64,000 nt of DNA from Patescibacteria group bacterium. Lineage in GTDB: Bacteria; Patescibacteriota; Microgenomatia; UBA8517. Location: NCBI GenBank assembly GCA_041742135.1, contig JBGSJG010000004.1:235773-299772 (forward strand), written 5' to 3'. The notes beneath the pieces were generated by a model. It was not told the DNA's origin. It did no database searches and worked only from the letters and a program-made list of their open reading frames with translations. Of the stretch, positions 1-8,364 are shown in pieces; position 1 is the stretch's first letter; each line of letters begins with the position of its first letter. Made by a program: the position numbers and the translations under genes.

Positions 1-699
1 GCGGGGTGTACTCAAGTGGAGCGAAGAGCGGCACTGGATGCTGCGCTTGAAGCGGGGGCTGCGCATGCGTATTTGATTGACGAGCCCTTGGCGGCAGCAA
101 TTGGAGCTTCCATTCCTGTTTCGGCTCCGGCGGGGCACATGATTTTAGACATGGGCGGGGGAGCAGCTGAGGCCGCAGTTATCTCTTTGGGTGGAGTAGT
201 CGTTCACAACAGCGTTAGAGTTGCTGGCAATAAAATAGATGAATCTATACAAAACTACATAAAAAAGCATCACAATTTGATTGTTGGCGACCAAACAGCC
301 GAGAGCATTAAAATCAAAATTGGCTCGGCGACTGAGCTTCCCAAAGAAGAAAAGTTGGAAGTTTCTGGGCGAGACTTGGTGTTTGGGCTTCCACGCACAG
401 TAGTTGTTACTTCAACAGATGTGACTGAAGCAATAAGGCCGACCTTAATGCAGATAATTGGCACAGTTAAGTCAGTTTTAGAAGAAACACCGCCAGAGTT
501 GGCCAGTGATATTATTGATAAAGGAATAGTTATGAGCGGGGGAACGTCTCTTTTGCGTAATTTTGACAAGTTGTTGACCGAAGAGACGGGAGTTCCAGCT
601 CATGTTGCTGAAGACGCGCTTTACTGTGTAGTCAAAGGAACAGGTATGGTTTTGGAAAACATAGAGCTTTGGAAGCGTAGTTTGACCACCAAAAGGTGA
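1..699 (+). CDS. mreB: Rod-shape protein MreB, paralogue 1; 5'-truncated by the window edge
   Basis: The translation contains the actin-fold motifs ...AYLIDEPLAAAIGA...ILDMGGGAAEAAVISLGG...VGDQTAESIKIKIGSA and GIVMSGGTSLL. It is about 55 % identical to the full MreB at 43399-44448. Confidence 0.85.
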   Translation, partial: AGCTQVERRAALDAALEAGAAHAYLIDEPLAAAIGASIPVSAPAGHMILDMGGGAAEAAVISLGGVVVHNSVRVAGNKIDESIQNYIKKHHNLIVGDQTAESIKIKIGSATELPKEEKLEVSGRDLVFGLPRTVVVTSTDVTEAIRPTLMQIIGTVKSVLEETPPELASDIIDKGIVMSGGTSLLRNFDKLLTEETGVPAHVAEDALYCVVKGTGMVLENIELWKRSLTTKR

Positions 700-903
700 A
701 CAAAGAAATTGTGGATAGTTTGAGGTTAAGTCTGAAAAAACGAGGCTAGTTATTGAATTATTTTTGTACACAAATTTGCTGTTTTTAACAATTAATTTGT
801 CGACGCTGTGTACTCGAAATTCCTCGAGGCCCCGAAAGGGCAGCCAGAATTTCTGCGTTCACAGCTTTTCGCCAAAGGCAGGTTATTGATTTGAGCTTAA
901 AAT

Positions 904-1665
904 ATGGTAAAAGCCCTAAAACATCGCAAGGTTCTTGGAGTTAATATTACTGTCAGTCCTAAAAAGGAAGTGCTGGAATATTTATCCTATTGCCTCAAAA
1001 ATCGGGACAAAATATTTATCGTAACCCCCAACCCAGAAATTTTAGTTGAGAGCAGCAAAGATGAGTCCTTCAAAAAAATCTTAAACAAAGCGGATGTTGC
1101 CATTCCTGACGGTGTCGGCTTAGCCCTCGCGGGAGTACGAGGGCGAATATTGGGTAGAGAATTGTTTCAAGACCTTCTCGATTTGGCTGCATCAAAAAAT
1201 CTCAAAGTATATCTTTTGGGAGCAAAAAACGAAGTTAATGCACTGGCTACCAAAAAAGCAGCTAAAATTTATCCAAATATTTTAATAAAGGGGTGCGGGG
1301 ACTTTATGGTGTCAGAAAATGGAGAAATCGTATCGGAAAGTAATATTAAAATATACAAAGATATAATAAGCGATATCAACTCATTTGCGCCTGATCTTCT
1401 GTTTGTGGCTTTTGGAGCTCCGAAACAGGAAAAGTGGATTTATAACAACTTGGAAAAGCTAAACGTTAAGATCGTGATGGCGGTAGGAGGAACATTTGAT
1501 TACTTTGTAGGCAAAATGGCCAAGCCTCCAGATGTAATGGAGAAACTAGGCTTAGAGTGGCTATGGAGGCTGATCCAAGAGCCTAGCCGAGTGGGAAGAA
1601 TATTTAATGCTCTGGTGGTTTTCCCTCTTTTGGTTTTGAGAGCAAGGATTAGTCGACGGGAATGA
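904..1665 (+). CDS. WecB/TagA/CpsF-family glycosyltransferase (N-acetylmannosaminyltransferase-like)
   Basis: It is 253 aa with family-typical segments GVNITVSPKKEVLEYL, PDGVGLALAG and YLLGAKNEV..A.....YP. Confidence 0.65.
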   Translation: MVKALKHRKVLGVNITVSPKKEVLEYLSYCLKNRDKIFIVTPNPEILVESSKDESFKKILNKADVAIPDGVGLALAGVRGRILGRELFQDLLDLAASKNLKVYLLGAKNEVNALATKKAAKIYPNILIKGCGDFMVSENGEIVSESNIKIYKDIISDINSFAPDLLFVAFGAPKQEKWIYNNLEKLNVKIVMAVGGTFDYFVGKMAKPPDVMEKLGLEWLWRLIQEPSRVGRIFNALVVFPLLVLRARISRRE

Positions 1666-1885
1666 TTGTAGGCCTGCCTTCTTCCATGCAAAGGCAGCTG
1701 TTTGGGGGCCCATATTTGTAACCGCTGGGTGGTAAAGTCTGGCCGTCTGATGTGGTGTCTTTGGCACGAATAATCAGGGAAGAATCTCTACCTTCTTCCA
1801 TCCCCAGATCTCCGCGACCAAATTCATATTCCGGCATGTTAGTTAAGATAACTGATGTTTCCTATCATTACCTCTCAGAAGCATT

Positions 1886-2725
1886 TTATATTACAAAGAC
1901 ATAGATCACACTCAGAATCAACATCGTGACTTGAAGCGGGTAGTGCGAGGCAACAATCATAACTCCAGAGTTTTTATCTCGATCGGCCAGCTTTGGCTTA
2001 AAAAGACTCATCTGTCCTAGTGTCAGTATCACTCCAACAGGTATAAACCAAAGAGGCAGGAGGCTTGCCAAAAAGGAGTAGACGGCGAAAATCAAGGTTG
2101 TTAACGCGGCTATGTACATCAGCATGGTTGCTAGCCTTTTACCTACAAATATCGAAGTATTGTTGAGTTTGGCATTTTTATCTTCTTTGAAGTCTCGGAC
2201 TTGATTGTAAAGTTGTCCATAGATTGAGCCGATTGTTATGGCTAAAAAAAGGATCAAAGCTTGCCCCAGCCTTCCGGCGGAAACATAATACCCAGCCAGA
2301 AAGAGTAGCCCACCAAGCATTAGGCAGTGGCTTGCTATGTCTACCACTGGCCACGATTTTAGCCGTACCAGCTTCCATGAATACAAAAAGCCAAGAATGA
2401 GCGTGCTTAAACCGATAAGAAAAACTAATTGGCCTAAAAGGTAGTAAAAGAGTAGTGCTCCCGCGAAACTCGCGACTGATAGTCTTTTGGCTAAACGTAT
2501 GTCAATTTTTTTACCGTCGTCTTCGTTGTCTTCCAACTCATTAAAAACAAAAGCAAAACCGACCGCCGCGAGATTTGCCAGCACGATGACGATCAGCTTG
2601 GTAGGGTCGATTTTTCCACCTGAAGCCAATACTCCAAGTGTGTAACCAAACAAAGTAACTGGGACGGTGAAAAAGACGTAATCGCTAAATCTATAAAGCT
2701 TGGCGATTCTGCCAATATCTCTCAT
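1886..2725 (-). CDS. UbiA-superfamily membrane prenyltransferase; candidate lycopene elongase (CrtEb/Lye-like) from context
   Basis: It is polytopic. Motif 1 is NELEDNEDD (the N-x3-D-x3-D type) and motif 2 is YNQVRDFKED (the Y-x4-D-x3-D type). The start is taken at the internal Met MRDIG to avoid a divergent overlap with idi. The ORF finder placed the start at 2788. Confidence 0.6.
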   Translation of the reverse strand: MRDIGRIAKLYRFSDYVFFTVPVTLFGYTLGVLASGGKIDPTKLIVIVLANLAAVGFAFVFNELEDNEDDGKKIDIRLAKRLSVASFAGALLFYYLLGQLVFLIGLSTLILGFLYSWKLVRLKSWPVVDIASHCLMLGGLLFLAGYYVSAGRLGQALILFLAITIGSIYGQLYNQVRDFKEDKNAKLNNTSIFVGKRLATMLMYIAALTTLIFAVYSFLASLLPLWFIPVGVILTLGQMSLFKPKLADRDKNSGVMIVASHYPLQVTMLILSVIYVFVI

Positions 2726-2760
2726 CTTTCTATGGTACAGATAAGGTCTATGGATTACCA

Positions 2761-3810
2761 ATGCTATACTTGTGCGTGAGCCCGACAAGCAAAATTTCTG
2801 AGCGCAAAAAGGATCACCTAAGAATTGCTACTTCAGCGGTCTCCCAAACTGGGGAGAACGGTTTTGATAGTTACCGTTTTACTCATAACGCACTTCCTGA
2901 AATAAATTTTGACGACATCGATTTGTCGACAAGCTTTTTGGGCAAAAAAGTAAACTATCCCTTTTTCATTTCTTGTATGACAGGAGGAGTAGCTCAAGGT
3001 TTAAAAATTAACCGCAACCTAGCCGCAGCAGCCGAAAAATACAACATTACCATGGGAGTGGGTTCTCAGCGCGCAGCAGTCGAGCATACGGAGCTCGCCG
3101 GGCTTTTTATGGCACGCGAGGTAGCGCCTAGTATTCCACTCATCGCAAATGTCGGCTTAGTGCAGCTTAATTACGGCTTTACACATAAAGAATATCAAAA
3201 GTGTGTTGATATGATTAAGGCAGACGCTTTGGCTGTTCACATAAACCCAATCCAAGAAGTTATTCAACCAGAAGGGGACCGCAATTTTTCAGGTTTACTT
3301 CCCAAGCTCTCAAAACTAATTAGTAAAGTGTCAGTTCCAATAATCGCAAAAGAGGTCGGGTTTGGAATTAGTGAGAATGTGGCGCGGCGATTGTATAAGT
3401 CTGGAGTCAGAATAATCGACACTGCCGGCTGGGGAGGCACAAGTTGGGCAGTGGTTGAAGGCCGCCGCCGAGATGGCTATAAAGATTTGGGAGACTTGTT
3501 CGGGAGTTGGGGAATTCCGTCAGCTGAGTCTATCGTTCAGGTCGCGAGCTTGGCAAAGACCAAAAAAGATTTAGTTGTTCTTGGTAGCGGAGGAATTAGG
3601 AATGGAATTGAGATTGCAAAGGCTATATCTCTTGGGGCGGACTTGGTTGGCATTGCTATGCCTTTTGCCCGGGCCGCAATGATCTCGCAAGAAGAAGTGG
3701 AGAAGTTGATTGAGCAATATGCGCTAGAGCTTAAGGCTGTGATGTTTGGAGTGGGGGTAAAAAACATCAAAGAACTAAAAGGTCACAAGTCCCTTTCAAC
3801 CATGTACTGA
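2761..3810 (+). CDS. fni: Isopentenyl-diphosphate delta-isomerase, type 2 (FMN-dependent)
   Basis: SERKKDHL...ALPEINFDDIDLSTSFLGKK...FISCMTGG...GGTSWAVVE is the classic IDI-2 motif set. Its 3' end overlaps the convergent crtE-like gene by 28 nt. Confidence 0.85.
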   Translation: MLYLCVSPTSKISERKKDHLRIATSAVSQTGENGFDSYRFTHNALPEINFDDIDLSTSFLGKKVNYPFFISCMTGGVAQGLKINRNLAAAAEKYNITMGVGSQRAAVEHTELAGLFMAREVAPSIPLIANVGLVQLNYGFTHKEYQKCVDMIKADALAVHINPIQEVIQPEGDRNFSGLLPKLSKLISKVSVPIIAKEVGFGISENVARRLYKSGVRIIDTAGWGGTSWAVVEGRRRDGYKDLGDLFGSWGIPSAESIVQVASLAKTKKDLVVLGSGGIRNGIEIAKAISLGADLVGIAMPFARAAMISQEEVEKLIEQYALELKAVMFGVGVKNIKELKGHKSLSTMY

Positions 3811-4949
3811 GCGATACCATCAAGGTAGTCAATTGCTTCTTTATCCCATTTTTTACTAATCATCTCTGGGATTGCCTTTTGAGCCTTTTTGGCCCATCTA
3901 ACCGAAGTTTTAATTGAGTAATCCAAAGAACCTGTGTCTTGTACTATCTTTCTAGCCTCTTGGGCTTCGGCTTCCGTTAGTTCTCTGTTGCCCCAAATTT
4001 CAAGAAGGCGTTTGTGCTGTTTGCTATCAGCTCGTTTAAGAGCTTCGATGATGAGCAGGGTCATCTTTCCTTGGCGCAAATCAGAGTGGGCCGGCTTGCC
4101 GGTTTTTTCTGGATCCCCGTAAAGTCCCAAAATATCGTCTTGCAGCTGAAACGCTACACCTCCCGGGATTGCATACTTTGAAATAATGTCTAGATCCGCC
4201 TCGCTTGCGTGAGCAAGAACCGCGCCAGTGTGCAATGGGTTTTCGTAAGTGTAAATACTCGTCTTTGCATAATGCAAGTCAACAATGTCTTTTTCGCTAG
4301 CTTTACCATGTGCCTCGAGTGTAACATCGTACGCTTGGCCAAAACCTGTGTTGACAACTCCTCTAAGCATCCGGTTTATGGCGTTAAGTTTCAATTTTTC
4401 AGGAAAACGGCTACGGCCTAATATTTCATACCCTGCAAGTAAAGCAATGTCACCTACGTCAACTGCCATGCTGTGGCCGTAATGCTCGCTACTAAATCGC
4501 CAAGAGTTGTTTTTATGTTGCTTGCTAAAGTGCTCGTGGGTTGTTGGTTTGCCGCGACGGGTGTCATCTTGATCCATGAAGTCATCATGCATCAAAAGAG
4601 CAGTGTGGATCAGCTCAATACTTTTTGCTGCATCCAGAGCAGAAGCCTTGTCTTTTCCTCCGAGCAACTGATACCCGTAATAAATAAATGATCCGCGCAA
4701 GCGCTTTGCTGGTCGCAGATTGTGCTCTTTGATATGCCCCCAAATTTTTTTAGCCAAAAGACGTTCCTTATTGCTTACCCCGAATACATTTTTGATCTCT
4801 GAGTCAAAATATATCTTAAAATCTTCGTCGATAATCTTAACAAAAGAGAGAAGTGTTTCTTTTGCTTTTCGAGCTTTATCACTTTTGGTTTTAACCACCA
4901 CCTGGCTTATGGAACTCACAAGAGTTATATTATAACTAATTCGCTTCAT
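3783..4949 (-). CDS. crtE: Polyprenyl (geranylgeranyl) diphosphate synthase
   Basis: The first Asp-rich motif is LMHDDFMDQDDTRRGKPT and the second is FQLQDDILGLYGDPEKTGKP. KRLRG is upstream. The start could be 4949 (MKRISY) or 4964; both abut the crtI start. Confidence 0.8.
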   Translation of the reverse strand: MKRISYNITLVSSISQVVVKTKSDKARKAKETLLSFVKIIDEDFKIYFDSEIKNVFGVSNKERLLAKKIWGHIKEHNLRPAKRLRGSFIYYGYQLLGGKDKASALDAAKSIELIHTALLMHDDFMDQDDTRRGKPTTHEHFSKQHKNNSWRFSSEHYGHSMAVDVGDIALLAGYEILGRSRFPEKLKLNAINRMLRGVVNTGFGQAYDVTLEAHGKASEKDIVDLHYAKTSIYTYENPLHTGAVLAHASEADLDIISKYAIPGGVAFQLQDDILGLYGDPEKTGKPAHSDLRQGKMTLLIIEALKRADSKQHKRLLEIWGNRELTEAEAQEARKIVQDTGSLDYSIKTSVRWAKKAQKAIPEMISKKWDKEAIDYLDGIAQYMVERDL

Positions 4950-4964
4950 ATTATATAAATTCAT

Positions 4965-6434
4965 ATGGGCAAAAACATTGTTGTCATCGGAGCAGGCCTT
5001 TCCGGTCTAAGTGCTGCTGCGTTACTTGCTAAAAAAGGTGATAGTGTAACTGTCCTTGAGAAAAACGGAGAAATAGGCGGTAGGATTGGAATTTGGAGAC
5101 AAAAAGGATTCGTTTTTGACATTGGCCCTTCGTGGTACTTGATGCCGGAAGTGTTTGAAGATTTCTTTTCAAAATTCGGTAAAACGTCTAGTGATTATTT
5201 CAAACTAACAAAGCTTGATCCTTCGTATAGGGCATACTTCGCGAAAGATGATTACTACGATATTCCATCAGACAAAGAAAAAACTGCAAAGCTTTTTGAA
5301 ACCTTTGAAAAAGGTTCCGGACCAAAATTCCTTAGATATCTCTCTGCTTCAGAAAGTTTATACAAAATGGCGATGAAAAATTACATGTACGTAAACAACT
5401 ATCATCTTCGCAATCTCGTGAGTTTGTCTACGATCAAAAACATGCTCGGCTTTCCTTTCTGGCAGAGCATGGAGACTTTTGTCGGCAATAGGTTTTCGTC
5501 AAGTAAGATAAAAAAAATACTTCAGTATAATTTGGTTTTTTTGGGTGGAGCTCCCAAAAACACACCTGCGCTTTATTCCTTAATGGCACATGTTGACTTT
5601 AATCTTGGTGTTTTTTACCCCAAAAGTGGCATGTACGAGCTAGCCCGCGCAATTGCATCAGTTGCTTCGGAGCAAGGTGCAAAAATAAAACTGAGTCATG
5701 AAGTTCTTGGTGTGGTAACAGAAAAGGGCAAGATCAAATCATTGATAACAGATAAAGGCGAAATAAAGGCTGACGTTGTCCTAAACACTTCTGATTATTG
5801 GCACTTTGAGACTAAAGTTTTAGAAAAAAAGGACCGAAGTTATAGCTCGCAATATTGGAAAAAAAGAAAAGTCGCACCTTCAGCATTTGTGATGTGCTTG
5901 GGGGTCTCAAAGAAGCTTCTGAACATCCGCCACCACAGCCTATTCTTTGCCAATAACTGGGACGAGCACTTCGATACAATTTTTGGTTCACCGAAACTAC
6001 CCTCTGAGCCTAGTTTTTATGTATGTGCGCCGTCAGTGACAGACACTACAGTTGCTCCTAAAGGCTATGAAAATTTGTTTTTCTTGGTTCCTTTCGCTCC
6101 GGGGCTTAAACTCACCGAAAAGACCAAGGAGCAGTTTGCCAACAAGATGATCGAGCTGTTCGAAAAATATACGGGCGAGAGCGTGAAGAAGAATGTTGTG
6201 GTTAAGAAAATATTCGCAGTTGACGACTACAGGCGGGAATACAATGCTTTTAAGGGGACTGCTTTTGGCTTGTCGCATACTTTGTTTCAGACTTCGTTTT
6301 TGAGGCCCAATATAAAAAGCAAGAAGCTCTCGAATCTGTATTATGCTGGGCAATACGTCCATCCCGGGATTGGCTTGCCATCAGTTATAATTTCAGCAGA
6401 GATAGCAGCAAATGAGATCCATGCTAAACATTAG
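4965..6434 (+). CDS. crtI: Phytoene desaturase (CrtI family FAD oxidoreductase)
   Basis: The N-terminal Rossmann segment MGKNIVVIGAGLSGLSAAALLAKKGDSVTVLEKNGEIGGR..W...GF.FD.GPS and the 489-aa length are typical of CrtI. Confidence 0.85.
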   Translation: MGKNIVVIGAGLSGLSAAALLAKKGDSVTVLEKNGEIGGRIGIWRQKGFVFDIGPSWYLMPEVFEDFFSKFGKTSSDYFKLTKLDPSYRAYFAKDDYYDIPSDKEKTAKLFETFEKGSGPKFLRYLSASESLYKMAMKNYMYVNNYHLRNLVSLSTIKNMLGFPFWQSMETFVGNRFSSSKIKKILQYNLVFLGGAPKNTPALYSLMAHVDFNLGVFYPKSGMYELARAIASVASEQGAKIKLSHEVLGVVTEKGKIKSLITDKGEIKADVVLNTSDYWHFETKVLEKKDRSYSSQYWKKRKVAPSAFVMCLGVSKKLLNIRHHSLFFANNWDEHFDTIFGSPKLPSEPSFYVCAPSVTDTTVAPKGYENLFFLVPFAPGLKLTEKTKEQFANKMIELFEKYTGESVKKNVVVKKIFAVDDYRREYNAFKGTAFGLSHTLFQTSFLRPNIKSKKLSNLYYAGQYVHPGIGLPSVIISAEIAANEIHAKH

Positions 6435-7254
6435 AGGCGCAAAAGTTTTTGAGATATTCAGAAAGGGTAGTACAACATACTTTTTTAGCTCGTTGTTCTT
6501 TCCTAACCGCGAAAGATGTGACGTCTTTCGTGTCTACGCGTTTGTGAGGGTAATTGATGACTTTGTTGATCAAAAACCACAAAAGCTGTCAGAGTTAAAA
6601 GATTTTTTACAGCTTTATCACAAGGCTAAAAATGGAACTGTCGTGGGTAACGAGGTAATTGATGAGTTTGTGAAGGTTGTGACGCGAAACAAGATCCCGT
6701 ACGAATGGGTTGACGCTTTTATTGGCTCAATGGAAATGGATATTAAAAAGTCCGTTTATAAAACTATGAAAGAGCTGGAGGATTATATGTACGGCTCGGC
6801 TGAAGTGATTGGCTTGTTTATGGCAAAGATCTTGCGCTTGCCCAAAAAGTCTTACCACAGTGCCCAGATGCTTGGCAAAGCCATGCAGCTAGCAAATTTC
6901 GTTCGAGATATCAGCGAAGACACGTATTTAGGCAGGCAATACTTGCCGCTTGAGATAACTCGTAAATATGGATTAGAAGATCTTTCTAAAAGCGAGGCAA
7001 TGAAAAACAAAAAAGCATTTTCATCAATGGTTCAAGAGTGCGCTCAGGTGTATTTTTCTTGGCTCGCTGAAGCCAAAGTGGGTTTTGATTACATTCCAAG
7101 GCGCAATCTGATACCCATAAAAACTGCCACAGACATGTACAGCTGGACGATGAAACAAATTCAAAAAGATCCGTTTTTGGTGTTTGAAAAAAAGCTTAAG
7201 CCGGGCAAAGCTAGGATTCTCGCCAGCATAGTAAAAAACTTAATCACTACATGA
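6412..7254 (+). CDS. crtB: Phytoene/squalene synthase family (phytoene synthase)
   Basis: YFFSSLFFP...VYAFVRVIDDFVD and YLGRQYLPLEITRKYG match the trans-isoprenyl diphosphate synthase head-to-head fold motifs. The gene overlaps the crtI end. Confidence 0.8.
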   Translation: MRSMLNIRGAKVFEIFRKGSTTYFFSSLFFPNRERCDVFRVYAFVRVIDDFVDQKPQKLSELKDFLQLYHKAKNGTVVGNEVIDEFVKVVTRNKIPYEWVDAFIGSMEMDIKKSVYKTMKELEDYMYGSAEVIGLFMAKILRLPKKSYHSAQMLGKAMQLANFVRDISEDTYLGRQYLPLEITRKYGLEDLSKSEAMKNKKAFSSMVQECAQVYFSWLAEAKVGFDYIPRRNLIPIKTATDMYSWTMKQIQKDPFLVFEKKLKPGKARILASIVKNLITT

Positions 7255-7907
7255 GTACTTACGCTACCATCTTGCTAATAATGTTTTTGCCGACTTTTTT
7301 GTTGAGTTTTCTCGCAAGGACCAAATTCGTTCCCAAGTTTATGAGTCGCGCGTCCAATTTGTTGATTCCAATTATCGCTTTTGTGCTCTGGGATATCGCG
7401 TTTACCCAAATTGGTGTGTGGCAGTTTGCCCATAAGCATGTTCACGAGTCACGCTTGATGGGTTTGCCACTTGAGGAGATTTTGTTTTTTCCTGTAGTAG
7501 CATTTTCCATGCTGTTTGTTTACGAGCTACTGCGGCAACGCCTAAAAGGTCAGTTAAATTTTCTAACACAAAGACGGGTTTTCTATTTGTCAGTCTTGTT
7601 CTTTGCAATTGGAATACTTACACACGAACGGCTTTATACCTCAGTTGTTTTATTGGCCGCATCAGGCGTTGTTTTTTGGGCAGGGTATACACAGATAAAA
7701 ATTGTTAGCTCGAAAGCGTTTGTTTTAACTTTACTTGTCAGTTTTGTGCCATTCATGATTTTCAATGGCTTATTGACCTCAATTCCTGTTGTAACTTATG
7801 ACTCGATTTACAATTTAAACTTTAGAATGGGTTCAATCCCAGTTGAAGATTTTGTGTATTCGCTTACGTTTTTAATTTGGATAATGACTGCTTACGAGAA
7901 CCAGTAG
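7251..7907 (+). CDS. Lycopene cyclase domain protein, fused two-repeat (CrtYcd/CrtYe-Yf-like)
   Basis: There are two PxEE-type repeats, GLPLEEILFFPVV...YE and GSIPVEDFVYSLTFLIW..AYE, each in a membrane-helical half. The start overlaps the crtB stop (ATGA). Confidence 0.7.
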   Translation: MSTYATILLIMFLPTFLLSFLARTKFVPKFMSRASNLLIPIIAFVLWDIAFTQIGVWQFAHKHVHESRLMGLPLEEILFFPVVAFSMLFVYELLRQRLKGQLNFLTQRRVFYLSVLFFAIGILTHERLYTSVVLLAASGVVFWAGYTQIKIVSSKAFVLTLLVSFVPFMIFNGLLTSIPVVTYDSIYNLNFRMGSIPVEDFVYSLTFLIWIMTAYENQ

Positions 7908-8343
7908 GGTTTTTGAAGTAGTGGTTTAAGATTTCTTCGACGCCAGGGATCAGTTTGAGTTTCGATGCCTCCTTGTAACTAAACCAGCCAAAATCGGAGT
8001 GCTCTTGGCTGACTGAAATCTTACTTGGCGCTTCAACCAAATAGACATGGCGTACTACAGAAACAAACTGCGTGAGAATTGGATGATTAAATGAAACGGG
8101 GAACTGGCCGATTTCGGATGTGATCATCGGGCTTTCACCTAATTCTTCTTGCATTTCTCGCTGAAGGCATTCCTTGGGTGATTCTTTCGCTTCTGTTTTT
8201 CCTTCTGGAAATTGCCAATAACCACGGAAAGCTAGCTCATTGCGCTTAAGTAGCAACACTTTGTTATCTGAATTCTTAATTAGAGCAGTAACAACATTTA
8301 CGCTTCGGAGAGGCACTTTCATAGTAAGATTATACAACTCCAT
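7864..8343 (-). CDS. NUDIX hydrolase
   Basis: The Nudix box is GYWQFPEGKTEAKESPKECLQREMQEELGE. The start is trimmed to MELYN or MKVPL to avoid an overlap with the divergent uppS. Confidence 0.7.
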   Translation of the reverse strand: MELYNLTMKVPLRSVNVVTALIKNSDNKVLLLKRNELAFRGYWQFPEGKTEAKESPKECLQREMQEELGESPMITSEIGQFPVSFNHPILTQFVSVVRHVYLVEAPSKISVSQEHSDFGWFSYKEASKLKLIPGVEEILNHYFKNPTGSRKQSLSKLKT

Positions 8344-8364
8344 GATATAATTTTTCCTAGACCC

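Noticed and set aside
4209-4935. Four short plus-strand ORFs antisense to crtE
   Set aside because: They are shadow ORFs within a well-supported polyprenyl synthetase gene.
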